From: Mytilus californianus
Lineage: Eukaryota
Length of the DNA stretch: 64,000 nucleotides
Direction of reading: 5' to 3'
Assembly (NCBI RefSeq): GCF_021869535.1
Contig: NW_026262745.1
Coordinates: 59,706,001-59,770,000, forward strand
The notes under the pieces are model-generated. The model made no database searches. It saw nothing but the letters and a program-made list of their open reading frames with translations, and was not told where the DNA came from. Made by a program: the position numbers and the translations under genes. Shown in pieces: positions 38,843 to 51,440 of this stretch (positions are counted from its first letter, which is position 1; every line of letters begins with the position of its first letter).

Positions 38843-40024
38843 TTGTATACATTTGTGCGTTGTATTGTGTCACCGATATGATGATACAACTTCATTTTTC
38901 TATCTTTGGAAACAAAAAAATACCGCGCATATTCACGGGTTTCCTGCAAAGAAGATCAATTGGAATTACTAGCAGTTTACTATTACAAGAATATGCAATC
39001 AAATTAAATAGGGAAGTTATAAGATGTAACAAAGTAATGACGCCTTTTTGTTATGATTGAATTTGATATTGGTCATTGTTAATATCAAATTGCTCTTATC
39101 TTTTATTAAAATACTGTGCTATATATATTGTTTGTTTTTGTATTTTCTTTAAAGTTTTCAGATTACAGTTAATTGTCAATTTACATGTTCAGACGGATGT
39201 GAACATCAATCCAAATCACATGTTTATTTGCTGTGTTAAGGTTACCAGCCCTATTTCGTTAAGATCTTTATATGTTTTGTTTACATGTAAACATGTATCA
39301 TCATACATTGTGTTGCTTTTAGTGAATTGCAACTTTCATTAAAAATGCAAGAGTCACACCTAAATTTTATGCAAAGTTGATATAGATACATTTTAAATCG
39401 AACTGGAAACGAACGATTTCACGGGAATAGTAATAATTCACAAGATTCTCTATGAACTTACAAGGATGACCGGCAGAAATAATTTAAACCAACAACTAAA
39501 TGAAGAACACATGCAGTCTTCAACTATTTCTAGTACTCGACTAAAGGACTTTTAGATCTGATCTATACCTAGCCAAAGTCTGAACCTCACTCGTAAAAAT
39601 AAACAACTACTTCACCAATCTAAAATGTAAAACTAGAATTCATTTCACAATGAACCACTTATTTTATATTGATTCTTCTAATCTGACAACTTCCTTCTTA
39701 TTTAGTACCTATATGTTAAACTTCTAGGCAAAGGAAACAAATCTTGAAAAATCTACTGTGAATAGAAAAAAATTAAAAAAATCTATTGAAAATAGGTCAA
39801 GGTTTGTTAAGACTTGGCAGAGAAAGGTACAGACATGGTCGAGTATAGTTCAGACTTGGGTCAAGTAAAATTCAGACTTTTTAAAATGGTTAAAAAATGG
39901 TCCATTATAGTTGGCTGATAATGTTTTGTTTATAAGCTCATAGACATAATTTTGTCATGTGACCGTGACGTCATCAACGTTTTTTCATGATTTACACCGG
40001 TTTAAAATGGAATTTAGACTTAAG

Positions 40025-40235
40025 TTATAAGGAATGACTGTAATGTTTTTTCTGTCTATTTGAAATAACATAAAAAGTGTGGTGCACACTTGAAAATAAC
40101 CCGCTACGCAGGTTATTCAGTGTGCACCACATTTTTGATAATATTTCTTCATAGACAGAAAAAATATTACAGTCACATGACAAGATTATGTCTATGAGCT
40201 TATAAACAAAACAACATCAACAGTCATTCCTTAAA
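40025..40235. mobile_element. Palindromic MITE with a rearranged right arm
   Basis: AAGGAATGACTGTAAT...GTGTGGTGCACAC / GTGTGCACCACATTTT...ATTACAGTCA; the arm end CAGTCATTCCTT is displaced to 40221-40232. Confidence 0.75.
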
Positions 40236-40299
40236 TAGATAACAAAAAGAAAATCATTCAAAACGTCATTTGAAAAAAGAAAGATATAAAATAACAAAA

Positions 40300-40690
40300 T
40301 ACCCAACTCCAAGGAAACTTTAAAACGAAAAGACTCTTAAAAGAGAAGCAAAAGATACAAAAGGGACATTCAAACTCATTAGTTAAAAATAAACTGACAA
40401 CGCCATGACTAAAAAAAGAAAAAGACAAACAGACAACATAGACAAACAACAGTACAAAAACACAACAAAGAAAACAAAAGACTGCGCAACACGAGCTCCA
40501 TCAAAATCTTGGGGTTATCTCATGTGCTCCATAAACAGATCCTGCTCAACATGTGGCTCCCATCGTGTTGCTCGTGTCAGTACAAACCTAGTAATAAAAC
40601 TAATTCGGTAGGTCACCATCGGGGGAGGGGGGGAGGGGGGGATTGTGGTTACGACAATGGGAATATATCCCCATTTCCTATGAAACAATT
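40300..40690 (-). mobile_element. Penelope-like 3' tail (reverse)
   Basis: Reverse complement of 58750-59048 (AAACTGACAACGCCATG...CCGAATTAG/TTCGGTAGGTCAC). Confidence 0.75.
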
Positions 40691-40857
40691 ATTGACAACA
40701 ATGAGTGAGCAAAACAAACAGACATCATAAGTTAACATGTCAAATATTACGGTACAGCAGTCAGCATTCTGTTATTATCTTAATCACTATATAAACAAAC
40801 AACATTTTCTCTTCAGGATATAGTCGGCTACGGACATTTACCTTCTAAAGCTCAAAA

Positions 40858-41061
40858 CGCCATATTTAAAGTGATGTAGACGTAAGCTATTTAATTTCAA
40901 TTACATGTAACACATATTAAGTATGTTTTATGTAAGATGCTTCAATTCTTTATCTGTCGATGCTTTCCTCGTAAACTTGATATTTGAAACATTCATAAAC
41001 TTGTTACTTTCATGCAGGTTACTTTGTAAAACTTGGACAAGTTTCTATTTTCTTAGTTTGT
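40858..41061 (+). repeat. 204-bp near-identical direct repeat, copy 1 (copy 2 at 43097-43300)
   Basis: CGCCATATTTAAAGTGATGTAGACG...TCTTAGTTTGT; I see one substitution between the copies. A partial third copy lies at about 44147-44200. Confidence 0.92.
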
Positions 41062-41214
41062 TTTTTCGCTGTTTTGGGGTTACATGCACCAGTCCTGTTT
41101 CAATATGAGCTATACTCTTTTCCTAGCTTATATTACAATTTTCATTACATTTAATGTTGTTTTAAGAATTTAATATCCATAAAAGTCAAGGGAATTTCAA
41201 ACCGTCAAAAACTT

Positions 41215-41632
41215 TTAAAAGAGAGGCAAAAGATACCAAACTCATTAGTCAAAAATAAACTGACAACGCCATGGCTAAAAAAGGGAAAAAACGAACAGAC
41301 AAACAACAGTACAAAAACACAACATAGAAAACTAAAGACTGCACAACACGAACCCCATCAAAAACTAGAGTGATCTCAGGTGCGCTGGAAGGGTAAGCAT
41401 ATCCTGCTCCAAATGTGGCTCCCATCCTGTAGCTCATGTTAGTACAAACCCAGCAATAAGTCTGATTCGGTAGGTCACCATCGGGGGGAAAGGGGGAAGA
41501 GATTGTAGTTACGACAATAAGCATGATGAGAACATATCCGCAGTCAGCTGTGAAACGATATTCTACAACGGTCAACCAACTCGTGTATGCGTTCGGTAAA
41601 TTAACGAAGGGATGACTTCAACTTCACCAGTT
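41215..41632 (-). mobile_element. Penelope-like RT end and 3' tail (reverse)
   Basis: The minus strand gives LVKLKSSLR...HELVDR followed by the same tail as 58750-59048. Confidence 0.8.
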
Positions 41633-41931
41633 AGCAAATTGCAAAATCTAAAGCTCAAACACATCAATTAATTTTCTTTCAGGAATGTGATGGGCTACGG
41701 ACTTTTACCCTTTTTTTATTCGCCGTTTCGAGTTTACAGCCCTGTTTCGATAGGAGCTTTACTTTATTCGTAGCTTATATTACAATTATTATTACATTTA
41801 ATTTTTTTTTAAGTATTTAATATCCTTAAAAATCAAGGACACCATCATTTCAAGATTTGCTCTCATCCAGAACGTTCTAAATAAGCATCCTTAAGCCGGA
41901 ATGTATATATACCTAAATACATGAGGCGGTA

Positions 41932-42228
41932 TCTATACTACTAAAATAACGAGGTCCCATGTGTTAGCCAGCGGTAAAAACGACGAATTACAGACTTATA
42001 CTGTATGTATAACAAACATAGGACAACAGTGTTGATTAAAAGATTCTAGGCTATTTGTTTTCCACATAATTAATATTACCAATAATAAATTAACAAGTTA
42101 CAAGTCAAATCCGATACTGTACACATTATATTCAGTATGACTGTATCAAATGGCAATACTAATAATTAAAATCCAGGCTAAAAATAAGGCGTAGATATTT
42201 TGATTCGCTTATAGTGGGTGTGTTCTAG
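41932..42228 (+). mobile_element. Short non-autonomous Helitron
   Basis: 5' TC (A|TCTATACTAC), 3' CTAG|T, and a subterminal hairpin ATTCGCTTATAGTGGGT close to the 3' end; A|T target, no TSD. Confidence 0.65.
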
Positions 42229-43096
42229 TATTTCCTAAAAGAACGTAAAAAGTAATGCCAAAATCATATACGATCAATTTAGTCTGAGGAAGCACTACTA
42301 GCAAGATTTCAGTCTGAAAAGTCATTTTGATCTGATCCAGTCTTAATCGACAGAGTTTACCCCAAGAGAAAAAGGTCAAGACTTTTTAAGACTTTCAGAC
42401 GCCGTTCCGATCGATCGACCCATCAGGTAATTCAGTCCGTTATACGGCATGTCAATATAAACAAGATGGAATGTTCTAGCTAGCGATTATGATCTGTTTA
42501 AACGGTTTCAGACGAAAAAACACCTTCTGCTTGATGATACATTTTAAATTATAAAATATATGCTAGAATTAAAAACGTTATTTTTGAATAATTAAAGAAG
42601 AAAAAAATCCTCTTTTTGTTGTATTTATTTATGTTGTTACTTTGTTGAGGAAGTAATAAATCATTCGTCTATAAATGTTGCTGGTTTAATTTATTTTTCT
42701 AATTAATGTAAGTCTATTTATTTTTTTTATTTATTTATTGTATATATCGCCGAATAAAAGTTTACCATTATTTGCTGAAACCTGTATTTTATGACAAAGA
42801 ATCTATACATGCATATTTACTAAAGGTTATAAAAGCTACTGTATTACAACATATTTGCTATAAACGGAAGTTGTGTGTATTGGAGGAATCGGTTTTCTCT
42901 GCAATCGTTTCTAACAAAACATGTATGTTATACACTAAACCGTAATATGCTGTTAACCCTGTAGGTAAAACATGTAGTCGTTATCCCAAATAAAATGTGT
43001 ATGGTAATTGATTTCTTTGAAAAAAGTAACTGGAAATTTTAAACTGACCAATAAAAAAATATGGAAAGTTGTATGATTGCCAACGAAACAACTAAC

Positions 43097-43300
43097 CGCC
43101 ATATTTAAAGTGATGTAGACGTAAGCTATTTAATTTCAATTACATGTAACACATATTAAGTATGTTTTATGTAAGATGCTTCAATTCTTTATCTGTCGAT
43201 GCTTTCCTCGTAAACTTGATATTTGAAACATTCATAAACTTGTTACTTTTATGCAGGTTACTTTGTAAAACTTGGACAAGTTTCTATTTTCTTAGTTTGT
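43097..43300 (+). repeat. 204-bp direct repeat, copy 2
   Basis: Matches 40858-41061. Confidence 0.92.
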
Positions 43301-45649
43301 ATTGTACTATATATTTCTAAACAATAAATAACTTTACAGAGTGGTGCATCTTAACGCCACCATTGCCACCTAAGATCATTAGTCTTTTGAAACTGCACTT
43401 AGCACGTGATGAGTGTGAAAGTATTAAAATTATAAATAAAATACAAGCGGATAGAGCTTTTCATTAAAACAATATATTCTAATTTATTTTTCAATACCCA
43501 TAGTAGTTTAAGTACCATAATTTATATAGTAAGATAAAACGACAACCCACGAGATGCAAATCCTTCTCACTATATAAAATCTTGGTGTAATTTAATATAT
43601 TCTGTTTTTAAAGATTGAGATCAATGGCACGTGCTAGTAATCAATCCGGCCAACAGGTACTTAAATTGACTGATCAATAATGCATTAAAGAAGATTGGCA
43701 ATTGCTTGATATTTTACAATAACACCTATCATAGAATCATAGCTCAGTATGTGTAGTTTAAGGTTCTAACAATAGTATTTTGGCTTTTATCTGAACATTA
43801 CAAATGACAAAGTTAACACTATACCTGAAGATATTACAAAACCGCAATTTTGAGTAGTCATTACAAAGATTGGAGAATAGCTGTTTTAAGCAAAAACCTA
43901 AAATTGCAGTTTATTTTTATATCTTGCCATTCGGAAACACATTATTTCTTTTTGTTAATAGTTTTATAGTAATGTACTTTGATTCGAAATTTTGCAAAAA
44001 CCTGTACACTTCGTTATTTTGTTTAATGTGCCTTCAACCAGGAACATTTATAGATATACTGTTCCAGGCTTCAACAGCAATTTGTTTAAATACATTTAGA
44101 TTTCCTTAAAACGTGTTCAATTTAATTAATTAATTAATAAATAAATTAACACATATTAAGTATGTTTTATGTCAGATGCTTCAATTCATTATCTGTCGAT
44201 AATTAATTAATTAATTAACTTATCTTTTTATTCATTTATTTACAAGAATTATCGTTTATATAAATAAACAAAGTTGATTTCCCTTGCTTTATGGATCTTA
44301 TATATTTGATTTCATTTATGTTTAAAATTCATGAAAGTCAACAATTTTCAGGTGATCTCCAACTTATATTATTGTTTATCAGACAGTTTCCGCAAATAAC
44401 CAGGTCCAATCTAAATAGTTCATCAAAGAATAAACCAGAAACAGATTTTTTTTATTCTAATGGCCATCATTTTACTATGTTTATATTATGAAATGAAAAT
44501 ACTTAAAATATGCAAGTTTGTCCATATTGTCTATGAGTATCAATTTAATAATTTTTTAATTTAAACTCATTAGGCACCATGCTTATAACTTTGCGCGTCT
44601 CACGCGCTTTTCGTCTTGAAATTAATCAAATCAAAATGGTAATATGCCAAATAAATTACCAAGCTGAAGAGCATTGAGGACACGTAATTCGGAAAGGTTT
44701 TGTCAAATACAGCCAAGGTGACCTACTATTGCACTCTAGTGACAATGTTTCTTTTGGGATACACATCAGAACACACCAGAACATGAATAAGTAGAGGAAT
44801 ATCCTAGGCGCACAATTTGGATTTTTTTGTGCGATCTAGATTTTGAGAAGTTGCTTTATGTTCCACTGTTGTAGAACTAACGTGGTATTCAAAATAGCAA
44901 AAACTCATGTAGGATCATCCCAGATACATTGTATTTAAATATGCGAAAAGTTTTTGTTTATGTATATCTCATAGTTTTATTTTAAACTGTGTCTAGTAGT
45001 GTTGGCCATCTTGAATTTGGAATGGCTACACACTCAAAATTTGTATCAGGCTATTTTTTTAGGTCAAGGTGAACTTATACAAAGTAGGAGCATAAACTAA
45101 AATTGTATTGTGTTTCTAGAAACTTTTCACATGCCCCTAGACTCCCATGCTTAGGTTGAAATTATTTGAAAGATTTTTTTTCAAATATAATTTTATCTTT
45201 TTAATCAATTGATAAATTCAATTGATTGTTCAACGATTAAAGATTTCTACGAGAGAGAAAAGAAATGAAGACTACAAATTTAACACCATGACTATAGTAT
45301 TTGTTGCATGATCAATTTTGTAAAAATATATTTTTTTGTGAATAAAGTTATAAATGAATCTTAATGGAAAGTGTAGACGGACGAAAACAGAAGCATGTAG
45401 TTTTCACATCATGGTATAAAAATAGAGCAGTGTTGTCCTTACCGAAAATTTGGACTTAGTAAATTAGTAAATAACGCATGTCAATTCTAGAAGGCAGTTA
45501 GACCTTGTGAGTCTCGTCCTTTTACATAAATATTATCTATAAATCAATGACAATTTGTACTTGGTACTCTTAAGTAGGCAGTACAGGTTTAAAAACCTGA
45601 CATCATACATGTGTTGCAATACGCATTTTGTGTGTATTCAATTAGGCTT

Positions 45650-46295
45650 TCTTTTATTGGGTGTCTGGCAGATAAAGACCAGTTATGTTCTCATATATTT
45701 TTTGATGGCATGATACTAACTCCTAACGGGAGGTATTGTCCTGGATTTTCATATGATGAAAACATACTTTTTCAATCAGTTTAATTGAGATCTGGAGCTG
45801 GCATGTCAGTAACTGCTAATAGTCCCTTGGTAATATGTGCATCATTGTCATTTTGCTAAGTTTCATTTGTAAACTATTCTGACATTGGACTCGAACTTCT
45901 TTTAAACTGAGTTCTACTGTGCGTATTGCTGTGTGTTTGTTTCTTCTACATTGGCCAGACGTATAGGGGGAGGGTTGATGTATCACAAATAAAATTGAGA
46001 ATGGAAATGGGAAATATGTTAAAGAGACAACAACCCGACCGAAAAGCAGATAACACATGTTTAACCCCACCTGTTCCATGTCAGGAGTCTCTGGTTTTTG
46101 TTAGTCTTGTATGTTTTTAATCGTAAGTTCATTTTTATGTTTTGGAGCTTGAACTAGTACACATTTTGTTTAGGGGCCATCTGAAGCCCCCCTCAGGTTG
46201 AGGGATTTTCTCGCTTTGTTGAAGACCCATTGGTTGCCTTCGACTGCTTTCTGCTCTTTTGTCGGGTTACTGTCTCTTTGACACATTCCCAATTT
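45650..46295 (+). mobile_element. Non-autonomous repeat (family B; 3' end CATTCCCAATTTCCATTCTCAATTTT) with an inverted same-family fragment nested at about 45990-46052
   Basis: Shares AACATGTTTAACCCC and CCTGTTCCATGTCAGGA with family A. The 3' end recurs in reverse at 45990 and 48310. Confidence 0.65.
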
Positions 46296-46779
46296 CCATT
46301 CTCAATTTTTAAGAATGTTATGTTCAAATGAAAATTAAATCCTTTAATTTCTGTGAAAACATTTATTGCTTCAGCAGTACCATGTGCTGACAGTTGTGAT
46401 AGATAATGCAAAATGTTTCAATCATTTAACCTTACATTTCATTTCATGGACATGTAGATATTTTTTTAAATCTTAAAATTCATACAGAAGGTATACGCAT
46501 ATCAATAAGCTGAACTTAGTGCAAAGAACCTTAAAAGTACACTTAGACAGAAAGCTCAATCTAGTGAAATACTTTGTTATGCTGGTCACATGTAACTTGA
46601 AATATCACTGTCTGTTACCAAACTGCATTGAGATCCTGAATAAAAATATGCAAATTACTTCTATTAGAAGTAGAATTCAATGGAAGTAAATAAGCTGTTT
46701 AAATAAATGTAGAATATTTCTATGGGCCATATATGCCCCGCTTGTAAATAAACATGAGTAAACTTCCACATATAGATGC

Positions 46780-47250
46780 AAGATTCACGTAGTTTTGACC
46801 GTTTTGTGATCATAAGCATTGTGTATATTAAGTTTCATAACATTTGGTTGAGGCAAACTAATGTTAGAGAACGGAAACAACAGATTTGGCATTTTTTCTA
46901 TATTAAGGTTCCGTGTTGAAGGCCATACTTTGAACTATAATTGTCTACTTTTTACAAATTGTGACTTGGATGGAGAGTTGTATCATTGGTACTCGTACCA
47001 CATCTTCTTACATCTAATAACTCGTTAACAGTAAAAGTGACGCCACCCAATATCGAACTTGATCTGTGTTTTGCGGTAATAAGCATTGCGTATAAGGTTT
47101 ATAACATTTGATTGAGGCAAACTTATTTAAGAGAACGGAAACGAAAAATTCAGCATTTTCTATGTTTATAAAGGGGCATGATAACTCATGAACGGTAAAA
47201 GTGACGCCACCCAATTTCGAATTTGATTTTGTGTTTTGTGGTGATAAGCA
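46780..47250. repeat. About 164-bp satellite monomers interrupted by a family A repeat
   Basis: GTAAAAGTGACGCCACCCAA at 47031 and 47195; ATAAGCATTG...TTGAGGCAAACT...AGAGAACGGAAAC recurs at about 46810-46880. Confidence 0.8.
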
Positions 47251-47251
47251 T

Positions 47252-47600
47252 TGTCCAAGGTTAGGGGGAGGGTAAGGATCCCACTAACATGTTTAACCCC
47301 GCCACATTCTTGTATGTGCCTGTCCCAAGTCAGGAGCCTGTTATTCAGTGGTTGTCGTTTGTTTATGTGTTACGTATTTGTTTTTTTCGTTCATTTTTGT
47401 ACATAAATTAGGCCGTTAGTTTTCTCGTTTGAATTGTTTTACATTGTCATTTCTGGGCCTTTTGCAGCTGACAATGCGGTATGGGCTTTGCTTATTGTTG
47501 AAGGCCGTACGGTGACCTATAGTTGTTAATTTCTGTGTCATTTGGTCTCTTCTAGAGAGTTGTCTCATTGGCACTTATACCACATCTTCTTTTTTATATA
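47252..47600 (+). mobile_element. Family A repeat, 5'-truncated
   Basis: Closely matches 5120-5467. Confidence 0.9.
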
Positions 47601-47769
47601 AACCTTTATTTAGTAGTTCTATGATGGTCATATACAGTTCAACAAGTTATTCTTATAAATTGTATATTCATGTATATCAATCATATTCAACAAAATGTCC
47701 AAATTTTCATAAAATCAAGGATCAATTTCCCAAATTAATACAAGCAAAAATGTTTCATTGTTTGTAATA

Positions 47770-48200
47770 GAAAGCCAAAAACTGCAATTAACATGAATCT
47801 CCCTTTTTTATAAATAAAATCACATAACTCTGAATTATAATTCTAAAAATTTATAAAAGTCAAAAGGGAGCTTACGTCAATAGATATAAACAATTCATCA
47901 ACGTTTCATGAAAACTGTTGAAAGCATTTTTAAGCTTTTGTCCAAAAACTGGAAAATCCCCCTTTTTTTAATGAATAAAACCCCATAACTCGGAAAGTTA
48001 AAATCTAAAATTCATAAAAATCGAAAGGGAGCTCATGTCAATAGATATATACAATTCACACATATTAGTGAAAGTGTTTATTAGTTATTGTTCGAAAACT
48101 GGAAAATCACACTTTTTAATGAAAAAAACAACAAAAACCATGAAACTTAAAATCTAAAATACATGAAAAATGAAAGGGAGCTCACGTCAATTGATTCATA
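47770..48200. repeat. Degenerate 150-160-bp tandem repeat (about 3 units)
   Basis: AAAGGGAGCT at 47863, 48024 and 48173, each preceded by AATCTAAAA/TTCTAAAA. Confidence 0.75.
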
Positions 48201-50689
48201 TAAAAATATTTAAAAAAAACAATAGACGCCAACATGTATTGTTGGCAAAATCCAACTAAGTTGAGCTAACAATTCAATGTATTCTACATGTACATGTATA
48301 TCATATCATAAAATTGAGAATGGAAATTGGGAATATTCCAAAGAGAGAACAACCCGACCAAAGAGCAGAAAACAGCCTAAGGTCACGATAATTACTTTTT
48401 ATAAATATATTTTATTAACTTTTGGTTGCATGTCATCTCATGCTAAGCATACAAAGGAAGGTGCAAAGTTTGAAGCTTTGGAGCATGTTCCAATAGTACA
48501 ACCCAATATAATATAATTTTACAAAACCAATCTTTATTTTTTGGGTATATTTTTACTGCATTCAAAGCTCTGGCAGTTTGGGTAGATATAACTAGTTAAC
48601 TAACAAAAGAAGTTTTACCTAATTCATCCTCGAAATTGACTTCTAAATAGCTCGACACAGTCTTCTAGTGTTTTGTTGAACACAGTTTACAAATTTCTGC
48701 AAAGATTAAATGAAACCATTATGAACAAGCACACATGTACAAAAAAAGTTCCCATGATCCAACTGACCTCCTCCCCCACACTTTGCACAAAACAGTTTCC
48801 TGTAATTCTATTTGGAATACATGTAATTTAAAATATGCATGATCAATATATACTTATTGAGTCTACCTAAACATACATGTATTTGAGGCAAACTTTCCGG
48901 AAATATCAATTTCAAGATACATTTCCAAATAGTCTGGAAAAAGTCTATATAGCTTTAGTCAGACTGATATCTATATGTAAATAACAATTATACATTTTTT
49001 TATCATATTTTAATAAAAATGTGTCCTGTCTGGGTTACAATGTAAGAGGGGCATATTAATGATTGGCCTTTGTGTCAGACCTTCCCTTATTGGGGTTTTA
49101 TATTTTTTTGTTTAAGTGCATGTACATATAATATTTTTTACCATGAGGTACATGTACATTTTTGTAAAAATCAGTTTCAGACTTAGTTTTATGTTAAGTT
49201 TTTTGGTTGAGGCAGTTCACATGTACATGTACATGTACTATTAATTTTAGGTCAAATGATATTTATATACAGACAAAACTTCAAACTATCATGTATGCTG
49301 TGTAGCATTACGACCAGATATACATTATGTTGTACAGGTAGGTACCTACAAAGTGGTAGATTTTTTTTATTATATTCTACATTTGCTGACAAGTAAAGTT
49401 TGGTGATATTCATTCCTAATACTGTAGCTACTATTTAAGTGCTGATTATGATTCGTAATTGGCTTTCTCTCTCTTCAAATTGTCAGAATCAGATAGGTTG
49501 TTACATGTACCTGATCAACAAAGCATGTGAGGAGTTCAAACTTGAATGATAAGAACACATTTATCCTTTAACTATTCATTTGGGTCCGTGTAACACTTAT
49601 CAATTCAAAGTTTTAAAAAGTTTTCAAATTTTAGATTTTTATAGAATTTTGATCAAAGTTTTAAAATATCAAAATTCCAAATTATTTAAAATTTTTTAAA
49701 TTTTGAAATTTTCACCAAATAATTAAAATTTTAAAATTCTAAATATCGTTTTTAAATTTGATAGTTTAGATATTTGATCAAACTTTAAAAGTACTAAACT
49801 TAACGTGCAGTTTTGATTAATCGCTTTTTGAAAATTTGTTTTTTTTTATTTTTGATTAAGATAAGAGGGGTACCTGTAAACACGGCTCTGATTATGATCG
49901 TTCTTAGTTAGGAATAAAAAGCACGAAGTATACCTGTAAACTGCAAAACGAAATAAATGCGGAACGTAGCGAAACAAAATGACGTGAAAAGTTACTGTAA
50001 GGTATAAAATAAAACCAGAGGCAGACAGTTGAAAGCGGTTAAAAATTGGATAACAAAATGAATATTTCTCAAAAGAAGAGAATTCATTTTAAAACAAGAC
50101 GCACGGCTCTGATTATGATGATTCTTACCTTAGAAAAGCAAGCACGAAATATAGCAAATCATTTTTAAGTGCAAAATAAATAATCTAAAGAAGAAGTTTT
50201 TTTTTAAACAAGTTGGACATCGCATGAGATAACAGTAGTCTGATAATTTTAAGGTTTTGCATCTATTGAAAAAAAAATGTAAACCTATTTAAACCGGCAT
50301 CAAGCAAGTTGATTTACGTTTTGAAAATCTCTAACATAAGCTTCATAGCGTTTCAGATAAATAATTTAGAACTATGTGGTTTACCAAGCGCCTATCATTT
50401 AGGAGTAACAGTGAAAACTGACAAACTAGCAGTAGGTCAAATAGTATGGTTAGGTTGAGTATGTATATATATTTTCTACTGAATTTTAAGCAATAAAATG
50501 GCTCAATACACGTTGTGTTATCTCAAATTTGATTTCAAATTTTTCTATTTTGCTCTACGACTCCTTACTTTCTGCAATCATGTCGGCAGATGAATTCATT
50601 GCTTGTACATTTTGAACGATCATCTTTAACCTTTTAATCAACTACTTCAGTTCTTTATAAAGTGTTGGCCTACAAATATTCGGCTTTGA

Positions 50690-50731
50690 GCGTTCCTGAT
50701 AAAGGTAGATCTAGAAAAGGGCTTCGGACGC
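50690..50731 (+). ncRNA. Degenerate minimal type I hammerhead ribozyme
   Basis: Stem I GCGTTC/GGACGC, core CTGATAA (consensus CUGAUGA), short stem II, GAAA, short helix III AAGGGCTT, and a UUC cleavage triplet. Confidence 0.55.
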
Positions 50732-51005
50732 ATGCAAATTTTGACGTTTTGTTTTCATTTTTTATCGATTGCATGACGATCATATATTGCCTTGTATCAT
50801 TGATTTTAGTTCTAAGTATTGGTACAGTAGGAAAAATAAATCCAATGAACGTTGTGCTAGCCTCGAATGTGGGTGGTTGTTGATATCTTTTTTACGCTGA
50901 ATTTAAGAGTAAGACCACATATTAGTAGCTTGGAGCCAGGATACTGTTATAAAGTATCTACATAAACTCACCATAGATAGATACCAGGATGTAAATTTTG
51001 TATTT

Positions 51006-51052
51006 GCGCCAGACGCGCGTTTCGTCTACAAAAGACGTATCAGTGACGCTTG
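51006..51052 (-). ncRNA. Degenerate minimal type I hammerhead ribozyme (Penelope-associated type)
   Basis: Minus strand GCGTCA-CTGATAC-GTCT TTTGT AGAC-GAAAC-GCGC-GTC-TGGCGC. Stem I is CGTCA/TGGCG, helix III has a palindromic GCGC loop, cleavage triplet is GUC, and the core is mutated from CUGAUGA. Confidence 0.7.
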
Positions 51053-51440
51053 AATCAAATTAAGCTTAAAAGGCCAATACAGTCAAATATAATCTAAAAG
51101 GCCAAATAAAGTAAACGTTAACATCAAACTCATCGTTCTGGTTTTGTAAAAGCTGAACACATTCATATCATATAAACGTATACCATTAACATTATTTTCA
51201 GCCTGCATACTTATGTAATAGTTGACGCTGTACATAAAGCGCTCATCTATTCATTTGTAGGTGTCGGCATTTTGAAAATTGAAATTAATTTTTAAAAGTT
51301 TATATCAGCGATAAATGGTAATCTATTTGGGAATCCGAAATAAAAATATTGTCACTAAGGTGACACTATATTTGACCTCCCACAATAATGGTACATTTGT
51401 CAGGTGCGGATCAATGAATTTGAAAAGGTGCGGGCCTAGT

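Noticed and set aside
49600-49800. Structured AT-rich repeat
   Set aside because: Low-complexity AAATTTT runs with no stable period.
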